Shown piece after piece: positions 1 to 9,456 of a DNA stretch of 62,371 bases. The DNA lies in the IMG/VR virus record IMGVR_UViG_3300032318_002859, positions 1 through 62,371 of that record; one strand, 5' to 3'. The position numbers and the translations under genes are program-made. This DNA is from a virus. Lineage: Duplodnaviria; Caudoviricetes. The notes beneath the pieces were generated by a model. That model ran no database searches. It worked only from the letters and a program-made list of their open reading frames with translations, and was not told the DNA's origin. How positions within the stretch are numbered: the stretch's first letter is position 1; each line of letters starts with the position of its first letter.

Positions 1-24
1 GCCGGCTGGTGGGACGCCATCAGC
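1..24 (+). repeat. 24-nt terminal overlap (identical to 62348..62371); circular assembly junction
   Basis: gccggctggtgggacgccatcagc at both ends; ORF from 61946 continues in frame into position 1. Confidence 0.95.
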
Positions 25-819
25 GGGGCGTTCGGCAAATCACTGACGGGCGCAACCACCGCAGCCCAGGGGCGGACGCTGCTGGAGCTCGGCTCCGCAG
101 CGCAGGCGGCTACGACAGATTTCATCTCCGCCACCGCTGATCCATACGCAAGTTTGGCGGCATTGTTCGCCGGAGGAACGCGTCAGGTTGTTCTGTTCAA
201 CGGCGCTACTGGTTTTTCCAATGGCACGGGGGCGTCCACCGACACGAGCAGCGGCACCGCCACTGGACAAAAGCCAAATTATGGCATTTACATTACGGGT
301 TCAACCACGACTGGATTCGCGGGATTGTCGGTAATCCCGGTGCCGGTTGCATTCAACATAGCCAGGGGCAGGTTTGCCATAGGCAATATCGCAAGATTTA
401 GATTTAGTTGCCTAGTATGGGTGCCAGTTCTTAGCGATGCCAGTAATAGTTTTGTCTGCCACTTTGGGCTCTACGCCGATTCGGGAACCTACTCGCAGCG
501 GCGGGCCGTTGGAGCCATCCTGATCGATAATGCAATATACGCCGTTGCAACAGCGGCAGGCGTCTCCGTTCTTTCTGCGGCGTTTGCCACTGTAACGGCG
601 GATACAGTAATCCATTTAGATATAGAATACACGGGCTCGGTTGTAAGTGTTCGTGTCAACAGGGGCAGTCCGCTGACTGTAAACAGCGGCTTTCCGGCCA
701 ACACGTCAGCGAACTCGATGAATGCGGGGGCGTTCATCTCAAAGACCGCGGGCACTACATCTCGCGAAATGCACGTCGCACTTGGGGCCTATATGCTGGC
801 GCAACTGAATTTCCCATGA
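1..819 (+). CDS. C-terminal part of fibre-like protein spanning the origin (61946..62347 joined to 1..819, ~406 aa)
   Basis: Frame open from nt 1; AAQGRTLLELGSAAQAATTDF fibre-shaft motif; lower-GC beta-rich C-terminal domain. Confidence 0.75.
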   Translation, partial: AGWWDAISGAFGKSLTGATTAAQGRTLLELGSAAQAATTDFISATADPYASLAALFAGGTRQVVLFNGATGFSNGTGASTDTSSGTATGQKPNYGIYITGSTTTGFAGLSVIPVPVAFNIARGRFAIGNIARFRFSCLVWVPVLSDASNSFVCHFGLYADSGTYSQRRAVGAILIDNAIYAVATAAGVSVLSAAFATVTADTVIHLDIEYTGSVVSVRVNRGSPLTVNSGFPANTSANSMNAGAFISKTAGTTSREMHVALGAYMLAQLNFP

Positions 820-1316
820 CACAGAAACTTTTTGTCTGGAGGCAACCAGACCCATACACAATCGCATTCGTGACTCACGCAGACGCCCCTCCCGGCGATC
901 AGTGGGAGGAAATGGACCAGCAAACGTATGATGCATGGAGGGACGCCCAGCCTTTCCCTGAATCTTCGTTCCCGCCAGGTAACGGTCAGACTCAGCCGGA
1001 CGTTTATGGATTTTTTACGGAGATAGCAACCAACCCGCAGATAAACGATGCGCTCGGAGACGTGCTAAGTCGGCTGATAGCAAGAAAAACAGAGGACAAC
1101 CCTGTTCACGACCCGATTGCGGCTCTAGCGCTAAGCGCCGGCCTGCAGGACTTGGCCAAGACTGGCGAGACGGCTGTGTTCCTCGTCGGCTGGGGCAAGG
1201 CGGTTGCCACGGGATTGATTTCGCCAGGACTGATCACCGGAATGCAAGCGCTGGCGGCTGCATTCCGGCTGCCATCAGAGTTTATTGATGCTCTGCAACC
1301 GGGGGATGCGAGCTGA
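816..1316 (+). CDS. Hypothetical protein, possible fibre assembly chaperone
   Basis: ATGA-coupled to fibre gene, same lower-GC block. Confidence 0.6.
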   Translation: MTQKLFVWRQPDPYTIAFVTHADAPPGDQWEEMDQQTYDAWRDAQPFPESSFPPGNGQTQPDVYGFFTEIATNPQINDALGDVLSRLIARKTEDNPVHDPIAALALSAGLQDLAKTGETAVFLVGWGKAVATGLISPGLITGMQALAAAFRLPSEFIDALQPGDAS

Positions 1317-1361
1317 CCCCTGTTTCTACCCATACTGAATCCAGAAACCATCGAACCAGCA

Positions 1362-1634
1362 GTGGACCGACGAACCGAAATGGCGCAACTGGCAACGGAG
1401 CTGCTGAGCGAGCAGATCAGGCCCGTGCGCATCTTGTCGCTCTCGGATGAGGGGGGCGAGCCCCAGGGCGAGTTTGAATCGAACCGTCAGCGCTTTAACT
1501 TCAAGTTCACCAGGGCCGGTGAGGTGACCTACAAGCCCAAGGGCCAGGGCGGCGGCGGTCGGGAGGACAGCGACATCCAGGACGGTCTCCAGGCCCGGAT
1601 CGAGCGCATGAAGGCCCGCCTGGGGGCATCGTGA
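1362..1634 (+). CDS. Small protein homologous to the N-terminal domain of 2047..4788; putative head-associated protein
   Basis: LLSEQ..IL..EG..G..F.F..AGEVTYKP aligns with LLAEV..VL..EG..G..F.F..AGVGYRP; ends REDS...LQARIERMK. Confidence 0.7.
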   Translation: MDRRTEMAQLATELLSEQIRPVRILSLSDEGGEPQGEFESNRQRFNFKFTRAGEVTYKPKGQGGGGREDSDIQDGLQARIERMKARLGAS

Positions 1635-2050
1635 TGAACTGGATCGAGGGCCTGCTGGATCCCCTGCTGGATCGCCTCGCCACGGAGCTGGCGCTCAAGG
1701 TCCGCGCCCAGCTGGATGGTGCGATTGATGCCGCGCTGGATCGGGCGGAAGACCGGATCGCCACGGCCTCCGAGGGGCTGGAGGAGCGGCTGCAGGCAGC
1801 GGCCACGAAGCCCATCGCAGACCTGAAGCTGGGGCTGGTCCTCCAGTTGCAGCATCAGGCGCTGGCGACCCTTGCACCGGGATCTCGACTCCTCACGAAC
1901 CAGGAGGTTGAGGAGGCGGCCAAAGCTGCCGGGATGACTCCCGCCGCAGACATGAGGGCCGCAATCACCTCCGCAGCCTCTTCGGTGCGTGCTGCCGCAG
2001 CGGACCGCCTGCGCAACCGCTTGAACTGGCCAAAGCGCCGTGATCGATGA
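1631..2050 (+). CDS. Hypothetical helical/coiled-coil protein
   Basis: Overlaps both neighbours by 4 nt; phage-like codon usage. Confidence 0.7.
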   Translation: MMNWIEGLLDPLLDRLATELALKVRAQLDGAIDAALDRAEDRIATASEGLEERLQAAATKPIADLKLGLVLQLQHQALATLAPGSRLLTNQEVEEAAKAAGMTPAADMRAAITSAASSVRAAAADRLRNRLNWPKRRDR

Positions 2051-4788
2051 GCCGACACCAGGCCCTGCAGGATCGTCTCCTGGCCATCGAGGCTCAGCTG
2101 GCGGTGTCCGCCCCGGTCGCCCCGGGCGCCCTGCCCCGGCCGCGCCGGCCTGGCTCCATGCGGCACGATGCCGCCGACCAGGTTTCACCGGTGCTGCAGC
2201 AGCTGCTGGCCGAGGTGCTGCCGGGTGCGTTGGTGCTCGACTGGCGGCAAGAGGGTGCTGGCCATGCCGGGCGGATGGCGGCCGATGGCCTGGTCTTCCG
2301 CTTCCGCGTTGATGCCGCCGGTGTCGGCTACAGGCCCGCCTGGGACGGCGTGCTGGAGCGTGGCTGGGAGATCCGATCCGACTCCTTCCTTCAGCTGCGG
2401 GCCCCTGATCTGCGGATGGACTTCCGCGGCAGTCCCCCCGCCTCGGGCCAGAAACGAAAATGCAAGACGGGCTATGGCTGTGGCAGCACCTGCATCTCCC
2501 TGCAGAAGGAGTGCCGGATCAGCCCGGGCAGCGCGCTGGGGAAGGCCCGGCTGCGGCGGCTGCAGCAGCTGGCGGCCGCTGGCGACAGGGGCGCCCAGGC
2601 CACCGCCGAGCAGGTGCAGGCCTCCAGGGGTGCGGCGGCGGCAGCGCGGCAGAAGGAGCGCAACACCAAGCGGGTGGAGCAGCTGCTGGCACGGCCGGAA
2701 ATCGCCGAATTCCTGCGCACTGGCAAGCTGCCAGCCGGAGCCAACAGCTCCACAGTGCCGGGCACCGTCCGGGAGATGAAGCCAGGGGAGATCAGCTTCG
2801 ATCCCAGTCGCTTCCAGTACAAGCTCAATGCCACCGCCACCACCGGCGAGGTGGGCAGCCTCTCGGGGGTGCGGAAGTGGGACGCCAACCTCTCCGGCGT
2901 GATGAGCGTCTGGAAGGACCCGGGCGACGACAAGGTCTACGTGATCAACGGCCACAATCGGCTGGCCCTGGCCAACCGCCTGGGGGCGGAGGCCGTCACC
3001 GTGCGGTTCTTCAATGCCGCCAATGCCACGGAGGCCCGGGCGATCGGGGCCCTGCAGAACATCGCCGAGGGCGCCGGCAGCCCGATGGATGCCGCGAAGT
3101 TCTTCCGCGACACCGGCATCAAGAGCCAGGCGGATGTGGAGGCCCGTGGCCTGCCCCTCGGCAGCGGCCAGGCCGACAAGGGCCTGAAGCTCAGCCGGCT
3201 GCCTGGGGACGTGTTCAACGCCGTGGTGCGGGGCGACCTGACGGTGAACCGCGGCGCGATCATCGGCGGCAGCGGTCTCGAGGAGGCGAAGCAGCGGGAG
3301 GTGTTCAAGATGATCAGCTCCCGCAAGGGCATCGCTGATCAGACCCTCCAGGAGCTGGTGGAGCATGCCGCCGCCAGCCAGCAACGCACCCAGACCACGA
3401 TGAGCCTCTTCGGGGAGACCCAGGAGGCGAAGGACAACCTGATCACCCGGGCCAAGCTCTCCGCCGGCCTGAAGGCCAAGATCAGCCGGGAGAAGCGGCT
3501 GTTCAGCACCGTCAGCAAGGCCCGGGCAGCCACCACGCTGCAGCAGAAGGGGGGCAACGTGATCAACCAGGAGCAGAGCGCCAAGGTGGCCGGCGAGGCC
3601 AGCGAGGCCCTGGGAGTGTTCGAGCGGCTGAAGAGCTCCGCCGGCCCGATCAGCTCGGCCCTCAACCGTGCCGCCGATCGGGTGGAGGCCGGCGAATCAG
3701 AGGCCAAGGTGCGGCAGGAGCTGGAGCGGGATGTCTTCGCGGCGGTGCAGGCGGAGCTGGAGGCGGTGGGGCTGCGCAAGCGGCCCCGGGCCGACTCCCT
3801 GGAAACCCGGATTGATGCTCTCAAGCGAAAGTGCCAGACGGGCTATGGCTGCGGGTCGAGCTGCATCTCGATGAGCAAGCAGTGCCGCAAGACCCCCGGC
3901 GCCGGTCCCGGCCAGCAGAAGATGCAGCGCATCCTCGCCCTGGCAAAGCCAGGCCTGGCCATTCCGGCAACAGCCGCACCATCAGAGCAAAAAGCACAGC
4001 CCAAACGGGGTCAGCCTGCTCAGGCTGCCAAGCCCGCGAAGGCCGATCAGCCTGCCAATGCATACAACGTCGAGCAAGAGTTCGAAAAATCCACGAAAAT
4101 CCTTGGCGAAACAATGACCGCGGCTGTCAAGCTGACGAAAGGGCCACCGCCTGGTGTTGTGAAGAAAGGCCGGATTGGAGAAAACGAGGCGGAGATTCTC
4201 AAGAAGCTTGCAGATAGTGGAGTCACGCCGCAGCTACTAGGGGTGTCGATCACAGGCAAGTATTCCAGAGGCATGGGGACCGTTCTCTCTGCCAACGGCT
4301 TTCTGGCTATGTCGCAAATGGAAGGCGTCCCCTACGTGACAATGCAGTTCACGGCTTCAGACGAAGAGAAAATCAAGGCAAGTGAAGAATACATCCGAGT
4401 CAGAAAGAAGATCCACTCTGAAGGAGTGGCGCACAACGACATGCACGCTGGGAACTTTTTTTATGACCGCAAGACTGGCAAGGGCGGCGTCGTTGACTTT
4501 GGGCTCTCGGAAATCGGCTATAGAAAAGCCTTGATAGAGGCCCTGGGGACGCTTGATGGCAAGGACTTTCAAGCAAAGAGCACAGGCATCAGTAGGGACC
4601 AGTCTCCGATGATGGCTAGGCTTTGGGATAATACGAGGAAGGTAGTGAAGACTATGGAGAAAGAGCACGGGATAAGGGGGGACTTGCCCAAGCTGAGATC
4701 AAGAGAGAAAAAGGTTGACGCCTATCTGGGCTCACTTTCTGAAGACCAGGCGCGTAAGCTGGTTGCGGCTATCTACGAGGGGCTATGA
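2047..4788 (+). CDS. Polyvalent protein: N-terminal domain, Cys4 motif, ParB/Srx-like domain, second Cys4 motif, C-terminal protein-kinase-like domain
   Basis: VYVINGHNRL (ParB-like); VVKKG, HNDMHAGN, VDFGL (kinase); two KCxTGYGCGSxCISxxKxCR motifs. Confidence 0.85.
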   Translation: MSRHQALQDRLLAIEAQLAVSAPVAPGALPRPRRPGSMRHDAADQVSPVLQQLLAEVLPGALVLDWRQEGAGHAGRMAADGLVFRFRVDAAGVGYRPAWDGVLERGWEIRSDSFLQLRAPDLRMDFRGSPPASGQKRKCKTGYGCGSTCISLQKECRISPGSALGKARLRRLQQLAAAGDRGAQATAEQVQASRGAAAAARQKERNTKRVEQLLARPEIAEFLRTGKLPAGANSSTVPGTVREMKPGEISFDPSRFQYKLNATATTGEVGSLSGVRKWDANLSGVMSVWKDPGDDKVYVINGHNRLALANRLGAEAVTVRFFNAANATEARAIGALQNIAEGAGSPMDAAKFFRDTGIKSQADVEARGLPLGSGQADKGLKLSRLPGDVFNAVVRGDLTVNRGAIIGGSGLEEAKQREVFKMISSRKGIADQTLQELVEHAAASQQRTQTTMSLFGETQEAKDNLITRAKLSAGLKAKISREKRLFSTVSKARAATTLQQKGGNVINQEQSAKVAGEASEALGVFERLKSSAGPISSALNRAADRVEAGESEAKVRQELERDVFAAVQAELEAVGLRKRPRADSLETRIDALKRKCQTGYGCGSSCISMSKQCRKTPGAGPGQQKMQRILALAKPGLAIPATAAPSEQKAQPKRGQPAQAAKPAKADQPANAYNVEQEFEKSTKILGETMTAAVKLTKGPPPGVVKKGRIGENEAEILKKLADSGVTPQLLGVSITGKYSRGMGTVLSANGFLAMSQMEGVPYVTMQFTASDEEKIKASEEYIRVRKKIHSEGVAHNDMHAGNFFYDRKTGKGGVVDFGLSEIGYRKALIEALGTLDGKDFQAKSTGISRDQSPMMARLWDNTRKVVKTMEKEHGIRGDLPKLRSREKKVDAYLGSLSEDQARKLVAAIYEGL

Positions 4789-4961
4789 ACGACCAAAAAA
4801 CAAGCCAGGCGGAAAGCTACCTTGAGTTAATGGAAACGAGAAAGAATCTGCTGTTCGCAGGTGACAACGCCGCTGCGGACAGGCTTCTTGACAAGGCCCA
4901 GCAAATGCAAAAAGCTGGGCTTGTCGCGGCCGAAGAGACTCTGGCCGCTGCCTACCTCTAG
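4785..4961 (+). CDS. 58-aa helical protein coupled to kinase gene (candidate immunity/partner); absent from ORF track
   Basis: ATGA overlap at 4785-4788; MNDQKTSQAESYLELMETRKNLLFAGDNAAADRLLDKAQQMQKAGLVAAEETLAAAYL*; same lower-GC block. Confidence 0.7.
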   Translation: MNDQKTSQAESYLELMETRKNLLFAGDNAAADRLLDKAQQMQKAGLVAAEETLAAAYL

Positions 4962-4982
4962 CCGCGGCTCCAACCAAGCTGA

Positions 4983-5210
4983 TCAGAGCCCCAGCAGCAG
5001 GGCCGGGTCGATCGCCAGCAGCAGGCAGATCGAGCGGAGCTGCCCTGGGTTGGGATCACGCTCACCCGAGCACCAGCGGCTGACGGCGCTTCGATCCACA
5101 TCCAGCTGCTCCGCCAGGCGCTGCTGGGAGACGCCGCGTTGCTGCATGATCACCCCCAATCGTGCACCCAACAGGCGCCGCACCATTGCGTCTGGCAGGA
5201 GTGTCGGCAC
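4983..5210 (-). CDS. XRE/Cro-C1 HTH transcriptional regulator
   Basis: RGVSQQRLAEQLDVDRSAVSRWCSGERDP. Confidence 0.85.
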   Translation of the reverse strand: MPTLLPDAMVRRLLGARLGVIMQQRGVSQQRLAEQLDVDRSAVSRWCSGERDPNPGQLRSICLLLAIDPALLLGL

Positions 5211-5285
5211 TGTGCGTTTATGGCATCAACAGCGGAAACGTAAGGCCGGCTGACCCATCTTGCTGGCAGCTCCTGCTATCTGCCG

Positions 5286-6584
5286 GTGCAATTCCGCTTC
5301 GATCGCTCCAGCCTCTCCGGCAACTGGGTGCAGACCCCTGAGGGCTTTCTGCGCATTCGCGCCACCTTCAGCCGCAGCGGCTGCCAGACCTACACCAATC
5401 CGGATGGGTCGAAGCGGGTCGAATATCGGCCCCCGGAAGAGGTGTCCCGCCCGGACTCCCTCCTCTCGATGGGCGGCCTGCCGGTGACGCTGGAGCATCC
5501 GCCCCAGCTGCTCACTCCCGACACCGTGCGGCAGCACACCCGAGGGTACAGCGGCACCCAGGTGGAATACACCGACGGGTTTGTGCATGGCGTCGTGACC
5601 CTCACGGATCGTGAAGCCATCAATGCGGTGAAGCGCGGCGATGCCACGGAGCTTTCCAACGGCTACCGCTGCGAGTACGACCCCACCCCTGGGGTGGCGC
5701 CTGATGGCACCCGGTACGACGGGGTGCAGCGCAACATCAGCGGCAACCACCACGCGGTGACCCGCAAGGCGCGAGCGGGCTCGGAAGTGCGCCTGCACTT
5801 CGACTCCGCCGATGCCGACGACCCGCCGACCGTCGCGGTGTCCACCGATCTCATCCCTTCCTTCGAGGATCCCTCCATGGCCAACCAGTCCACCGATCGC
5901 ACCGATAAGGCCGGCCGCCAGGCCCCCCCGCCAGCCGCCACTGAAGAGGAGGGGATGGAGGACGACAACTACGAGAAGATCGAAGACCAGGGCGTGGAAG
6001 GCCAGATGGAGCCTTCCAGCGGCAAAGCACCCAAGCGCCGGCCCCGAGGCGATTCGGCCGCAGCTTCTGGCCGGACTGTCCCCTGGGAGGTCTACAAGGC
6101 CACCCTTGATGACCTGGCGGCTGCCGAGCTGCGGTTCGACAGCCTCTCGGAGCAGCTGAGCGAGCTGGAGCAACTGGTGGCCGAGCGGGCCGATTCCGCA
6201 CCGGAGCCCGATCCTGAGCTGATCCAACAGCTGGTGGCCCAGCGCGTCGACGTGTTGGAGAAGGCCGGGGAGATCATCGGCAAGCGCGAGCGGCACGACG
6301 GCCTGACCAACCGGGAAGTGATGGAGCTCGCCCTGGAAGCGGCCGAAGTGCGGATTGATGGCCTCGAAACCCGCAGCGATGAGTACGTCGCCGCGCGCTT
6401 CGACGCCGCCTACGAAGCCGCCGACAAGGTGCCGTACAAACCCGACGCCGCCGCGATCCTTGCCCGCCAGCTGCAAGGCATCACCCCGGGCCCCCGCACC
6501 GACAGCGGCGCAGACGGCATCGCGGCGGCCGCGGCTGAACACCAGGAAGCGCTGTCAACGGCCTGGCAGCAGACCAGCAGCTGA
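5286..6584 (+). CDS. DUF2213-type prohead protease fused to scaffold
   Basis: TPEGFL, YRPPEEV, PVTLEHP, ELSNGY, QRNISGNHHAV..ARAG; acidic helical C-terminus; upstream of capsid genes. Confidence 0.88.
   Translation: MQFRFDRSSLSGNWVQTPEGFLRIRATFSRSGCQTYTNPDGSKRVEYRPPEEVSRPDSLLSMGGLPVTLEHPPQLLTPDTVRQHTRGYSGTQVEYTDGFVHGVVTLTDREAINAVKRGDATELSNGYRCEYDPTPGVAPDGTRYDGVQRNISGNHHAVTRKARAGSEVRLHFDSADADDPPTVAVSTDLIPSFEDPSMANQSTDRTDKAGRQAPPPAATEEEGMEDDNYEKIEDQGVEGQMEPSSGKAPKRRPRGDSAAASGRTVPWEVYKATLDDLAAAELRFDSLSEQLSELEQLVAERADSAPEPDPELIQQLVAQRVDVLEKAGEIIGKRERHDGLTNREVMELALEAAEVRIDGLETRSDEYVAARFDAAYEAADKVPYKPDAAAILARQLQGITPGPRTDSGADGIAAAAAEHQEALSTAWQQTSS
5877..6584 (+). CDS. Probable nested in-frame scaffold protein (internal start)
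   Basis: GAGGA SD at 5865-5869 before in-frame ATG 5877, just after protease domain; analogous to lambda C/Nu3. Confidence 0.55.
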   Translation: MANQSTDRTDKAGRQAPPPAATEEEGMEDDNYEKIEDQGVEGQMEPSSGKAPKRRPRGDSAAASGRTVPWEVYKATLDDLAAAELRFDSLSEQLSELEQLVAERADSAPEPDPELIQQLVAQRVDVLEKAGEIIGKRERHDGLTNREVMELALEAAEVRIDGLETRSDEYVAARFDAAYEAADKVPYKPDAAAILARQLQGITPGPRTDSGADGIAAAAAEHQEALSTAWQQTSS

Positions 6585-6624
6585 CGCCAGCTGATCCCTT
6601 CTCACCTCCTCCCCCACACGACCC

Positions 6625-7191
6625 ATGGCCCAGACCTTCACAAACAATCCCGGCACCGTTGATGCCGGTGTCGGCCGCGACTACACGATGCTGATGGGCA
6701 TCGGCCGCGTCGGCGAGCTGTTTGACATCAGCGTCAGCGACACGATCAGCGGCAACAACGAGACCAACGCTCGCATCCCCTTTGGGGTGCCGCTGGTGCG
6801 CAACGGCTCCGGGGTGCTGCCAAACTCCGCCCAGGTGATCTCCGCCGCCGGCACCAGCATCGGCCTCTCGGTGCTCACCGACGTGCAAGAGGTGGCCCAT
6901 CGCCAGGCCGCCGTCCCGTATCAGGCCGGCATCCTGCCCGGCAGGGGGATCAACATCCTCAAGAAGGGCGCGATCTACATCGAGGTGTGGGAGGCCATCG
7001 CCCCCGGCAACGCCTTGCGCTACTTCAAAAGCGGCACCAACGCCGGCAAGTGGGGCAAAACGGCCAGCGCCGGCAACAGCCTGCTGCTCTCGGCCGGCAA
7101 CTGGGAACTCGAGCGGGGGGCCGCGGCCAATGGCCTGGCAGTCCTGCGGATCAACACTCCCGCCCTGCTGACGTTCACCGCTGACGCCTAA
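6625..7191 (+). CDS. Capsid decoration/cement protein
   Basis: Between scaffold and capsid; IPFGVPLV..INILKKGAIYIEV. Confidence 0.75.
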   Translation: MAQTFTNNPGTVDAGVGRDYTMLMGIGRVGELFDISVSDTISGNNETNARIPFGVPLVRNGSGVLPNSAQVISAAGTSIGLSVLTDVQEVAHRQAAVPYQAGILPGRGINILKKGAIYIEVWEAIAPGNALRYFKSGTNAGKWGKTASAGNSLLLSAGNWELERGAAANGLAVLRINTPALLTFTADA

Positions 7192-7243
7192 TCCTTCTCC
7201 CCTTCGCCCATCCCGCCTGATTCCCCTGCCCTCCCGGAGACCC

Positions 7244-8179
7244 ATGAGCCACCGAATGGACGACGCCTACCAATCTGGGGCGTTCCTCGCAGACCAGCTT
7301 CAGCACATCATCCCCGGTGTGCTGCGTAAACCCTATCCGGAAATCGTCTACCCCAGGATTTGCCCTGTCTCATTTGAGGTGAATCCTGGTGCCACTTCGA
7401 TCAAACAAGCGCTTTGGGATCGTACCGGCAGCTTTGATTTAATCAGTGATGCCGCCGATGATCTTCCCCGCTCCGGCGTGAAGATTGGTGAAATCGTCAA
7501 CGAAATCCGCGAATTTGGCGGTGCATTCGATTACACCCAAAAAGAGCTGCTGGCCGCGAAGACGGCGGGTGTGAGCCTGCCCACCGAGAGGGCAGACGCC
7601 GTCCGCGATGCCTACGAGCGCCGCAACAACACGACCTGCCTATTCGGCAGAGCTGGCACCGGACTGCGCGGCATGTTGAACCACCCGGCCATTGACCGAG
7701 TGGTGGTGACTGGCAACAACAACGATGCCTGGTTCAACGATCCCAACACCACCCCCCAGCAAATGCTGGATCTGATGAACTTCGGCGTTACCCAGATGGG
7801 CCTCAACTCCAAGCAGATCGAGGTGCCCAACACCGTGCTGATGGGCCTGAGCGATTACCGCATTGTGAGCACCACCTGCCGCTCCTCCACGAGCGACACC
7901 ACCGTGCTGGATCTGTTCCTGAAAATGAACACCAGCATTACATCGGTGCTGCCAATCAACGAGCTGGATCCAGCCAACAGCAACGGCAACCTTACGGCTC
8001 GCCGAATGATCATCTACAAGAAGGATCCTGAAAAGGGGAAGTTCCATATCCCCTTGCCAATTACATTCCTGCCACCCCAGCCCAAGAACCTGAAATTCGT
8101 CGTGCCGTCAATGAGCAGCTGCGGCGGTTTCATTCCGACTCATCCCCTCGCTTTCTTCTACGTCGAAGACGGCGGCTGA
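7244..8179 (+). CDS. Major capsid protein (DUF2184/encapsulin-like HK97 fold)
   Basis: 311 aa; FLADQLQHI, ADDLPR, GLRGMLNHP, NELD; position. Confidence 0.88.
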   Translation: MSHRMDDAYQSGAFLADQLQHIIPGVLRKPYPEIVYPRICPVSFEVNPGATSIKQALWDRTGSFDLISDAADDLPRSGVKIGEIVNEIREFGGAFDYTQKELLAAKTAGVSLPTERADAVRDAYERRNNTTCLFGRAGTGLRGMLNHPAIDRVVVTGNNNDAWFNDPNTTPQQMLDLMNFGVTQMGLNSKQIEVPNTVLMGLSDYRIVSTTCRSSTSDTTVLDLFLKMNTSITSVLPINELDPANSNGNLTARRMIIYKKDPEKGKFHIPLPITFLPPQPKNLKFVVPSMSSCGGFIPTHPLAFFYVEDGG

Positions 8180-8226
8180 TCCAGCCAATTTCCTGATCTC
8201 CTCATCCCCATCTCCCCAACTTCGCG

Positions 8227-8745
8227 ATGACCACGACCCCCACCAAGCCCGGCCCCAAGGACGCTTCACCCCCGGATGCCCGGCTGGCCTCTGCCCCTGC
8301 GGAGGCCCAGCCGGCCCCTGCCAGCGAGGACGTCCAGCTGGCGGTGGTCTATACCCCCGAGCTCAACGAGGCCTGCTTGCAGAGCGTGCGGGGCGGATCG
8401 CTGAGCTGGGCCTTCGGGCCCGTCACCAACCCCACCACCCTGCGGATCAACCCGGGCCTGAATGCCCCGGTGCCCCGCGAACTGTGGGAGCGGGCGAAGC
8501 AACGCCCCGACACTCAGATCCTGATGGGCCGCGGCCTGATCCAGGAGATCGAGCTGACGGACGGCGCCACCAATGCCGACGGCCAGCTCTCGCTGGCTGC
8601 TGTGCCCCCGCCGGTGGCGATGCGGCTGATCTTCGGCTGCCGCAACACCGAGCAGCTGGAGGGCTGGCTGCGCAAGGAGGACCGCCAACAGCTCCGTGAG
8701 CGCCTGGCGGCGCGGATCAAGGAAATCAACGACGGCAGGCCCTGA
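8227..8745 (+). CDS. Hypothetical head-associated protein
   Basis: Follows capsid; LRINPGLN; phage-like codon usage. Confidence 0.7.
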   Translation: MTTTPTKPGPKDASPPDARLASAPAEAQPAPASEDVQLAVVYTPELNEACLQSVRGGSLSWAFGPVTNPTTLRINPGLNAPVPRELWERAKQRPDTQILMGRGLIQEIELTDGATNADGQLSLAAVPPPVAMRLIFGCRNTEQLEGWLRKEDRQQLRERLAARIKEINDGRP

Positions 8746-8746
8746 C

Positions 8747-9052
8747 ATGGCAGCGCCCACCCTGGCCGAATTCCTCGACCGCTTTCCAGAGATGGAGGTG
8801 CACACCCACGTACAGCTGGAGCAGGCCCTGCAGACCGCCGGCCGGCGCTGCAGCGAGGCGGTCTGGGGTGATCTGCACGGCGATGGGGTGGGCCTGTTCG
8901 CCGCCCACCTCATCGCTGCGCGCATCCGAGAGGTGGGCGCCCAGGTGGGCCAGGCGGTGCCGTCCGCCGGCAGTGGCCTGGAGTCCACCCACTACGGGCA
9001 GCAGTTTGTCCAGCTGCAGTCCTGCCTGACGCTCACCGGCTTCCCGATCTGA
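8747..9052 (+). CDS. Head-tail adaptor (DUF4054-like)
   Basis: FLDRFPEM..W..GLFAAHLI..LESTHYGQQF. Confidence 0.8.
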   Translation: MAAPTLAEFLDRFPEMEVHTHVQLEQALQTAGRRCSEAVWGDLHGDGVGLFAAHLIAARIREVGAQVGQAVPSAGSGLESTHYGQQFVQLQSCLTLTGFPI

Positions 9053-9456
9053 TGACCGTTTCCCCCCAGCCAGCCAGCGCCTACGGGCACGTCGCCAACG
9101 CCACCCTGGCGTTTGACGTGGCCGGCGCCACCCTCACGGTGGATCCGGCAACCGGCAACCTGGTGGCGGCCACGGAGGTGATCACCTACCTGGCGGCCCT
9201 CAGGCTGAACCGGAGTCGCTGGGACAAGCAGGTGGGGGTGGATGAGAGCACGTTCCCATGCTCCGGCCAGGTGCTCAGTCCCGCCCGGCTGGATCCCCGA
9301 ATTGTGGGGGGCAGCAAGGCCGCGGCGGTGATCAACGGCCGCCGGGGGCGCTTTGAGCTGCAGGAGGATCTCGATGGGGATCACAACGGCCTGCCGCTGC
9401 TGCGCCGACGGATCACCGGCACCTTCCGGGTGACGGGAGGCCGCGGCGATGGATGA
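9052..9456 (+). CDS. Probable head closure/neck protein
   Basis: Position and size; overlapping stop/start. Confidence 0.6.
   Translation: MTVSPQPASAYGHVANATLAFDVAGATLTVDPATGNLVAATEVITYLAALRLNRSRWDKQVGVDESTFPCSGQVLSPARLDPRIVGGSKAAAVINGRRGRFELQEDLDGDHNGLPLLRRRITGTFRVTGGRGDG

Noticed and set aside
2461-3885. DGR template/variable repeats or CRISPR-like repeats
   Set aside because: No reverse transcriptase or cas genes; differences are mostly synonymous and not adenine-specific; no regular spacing
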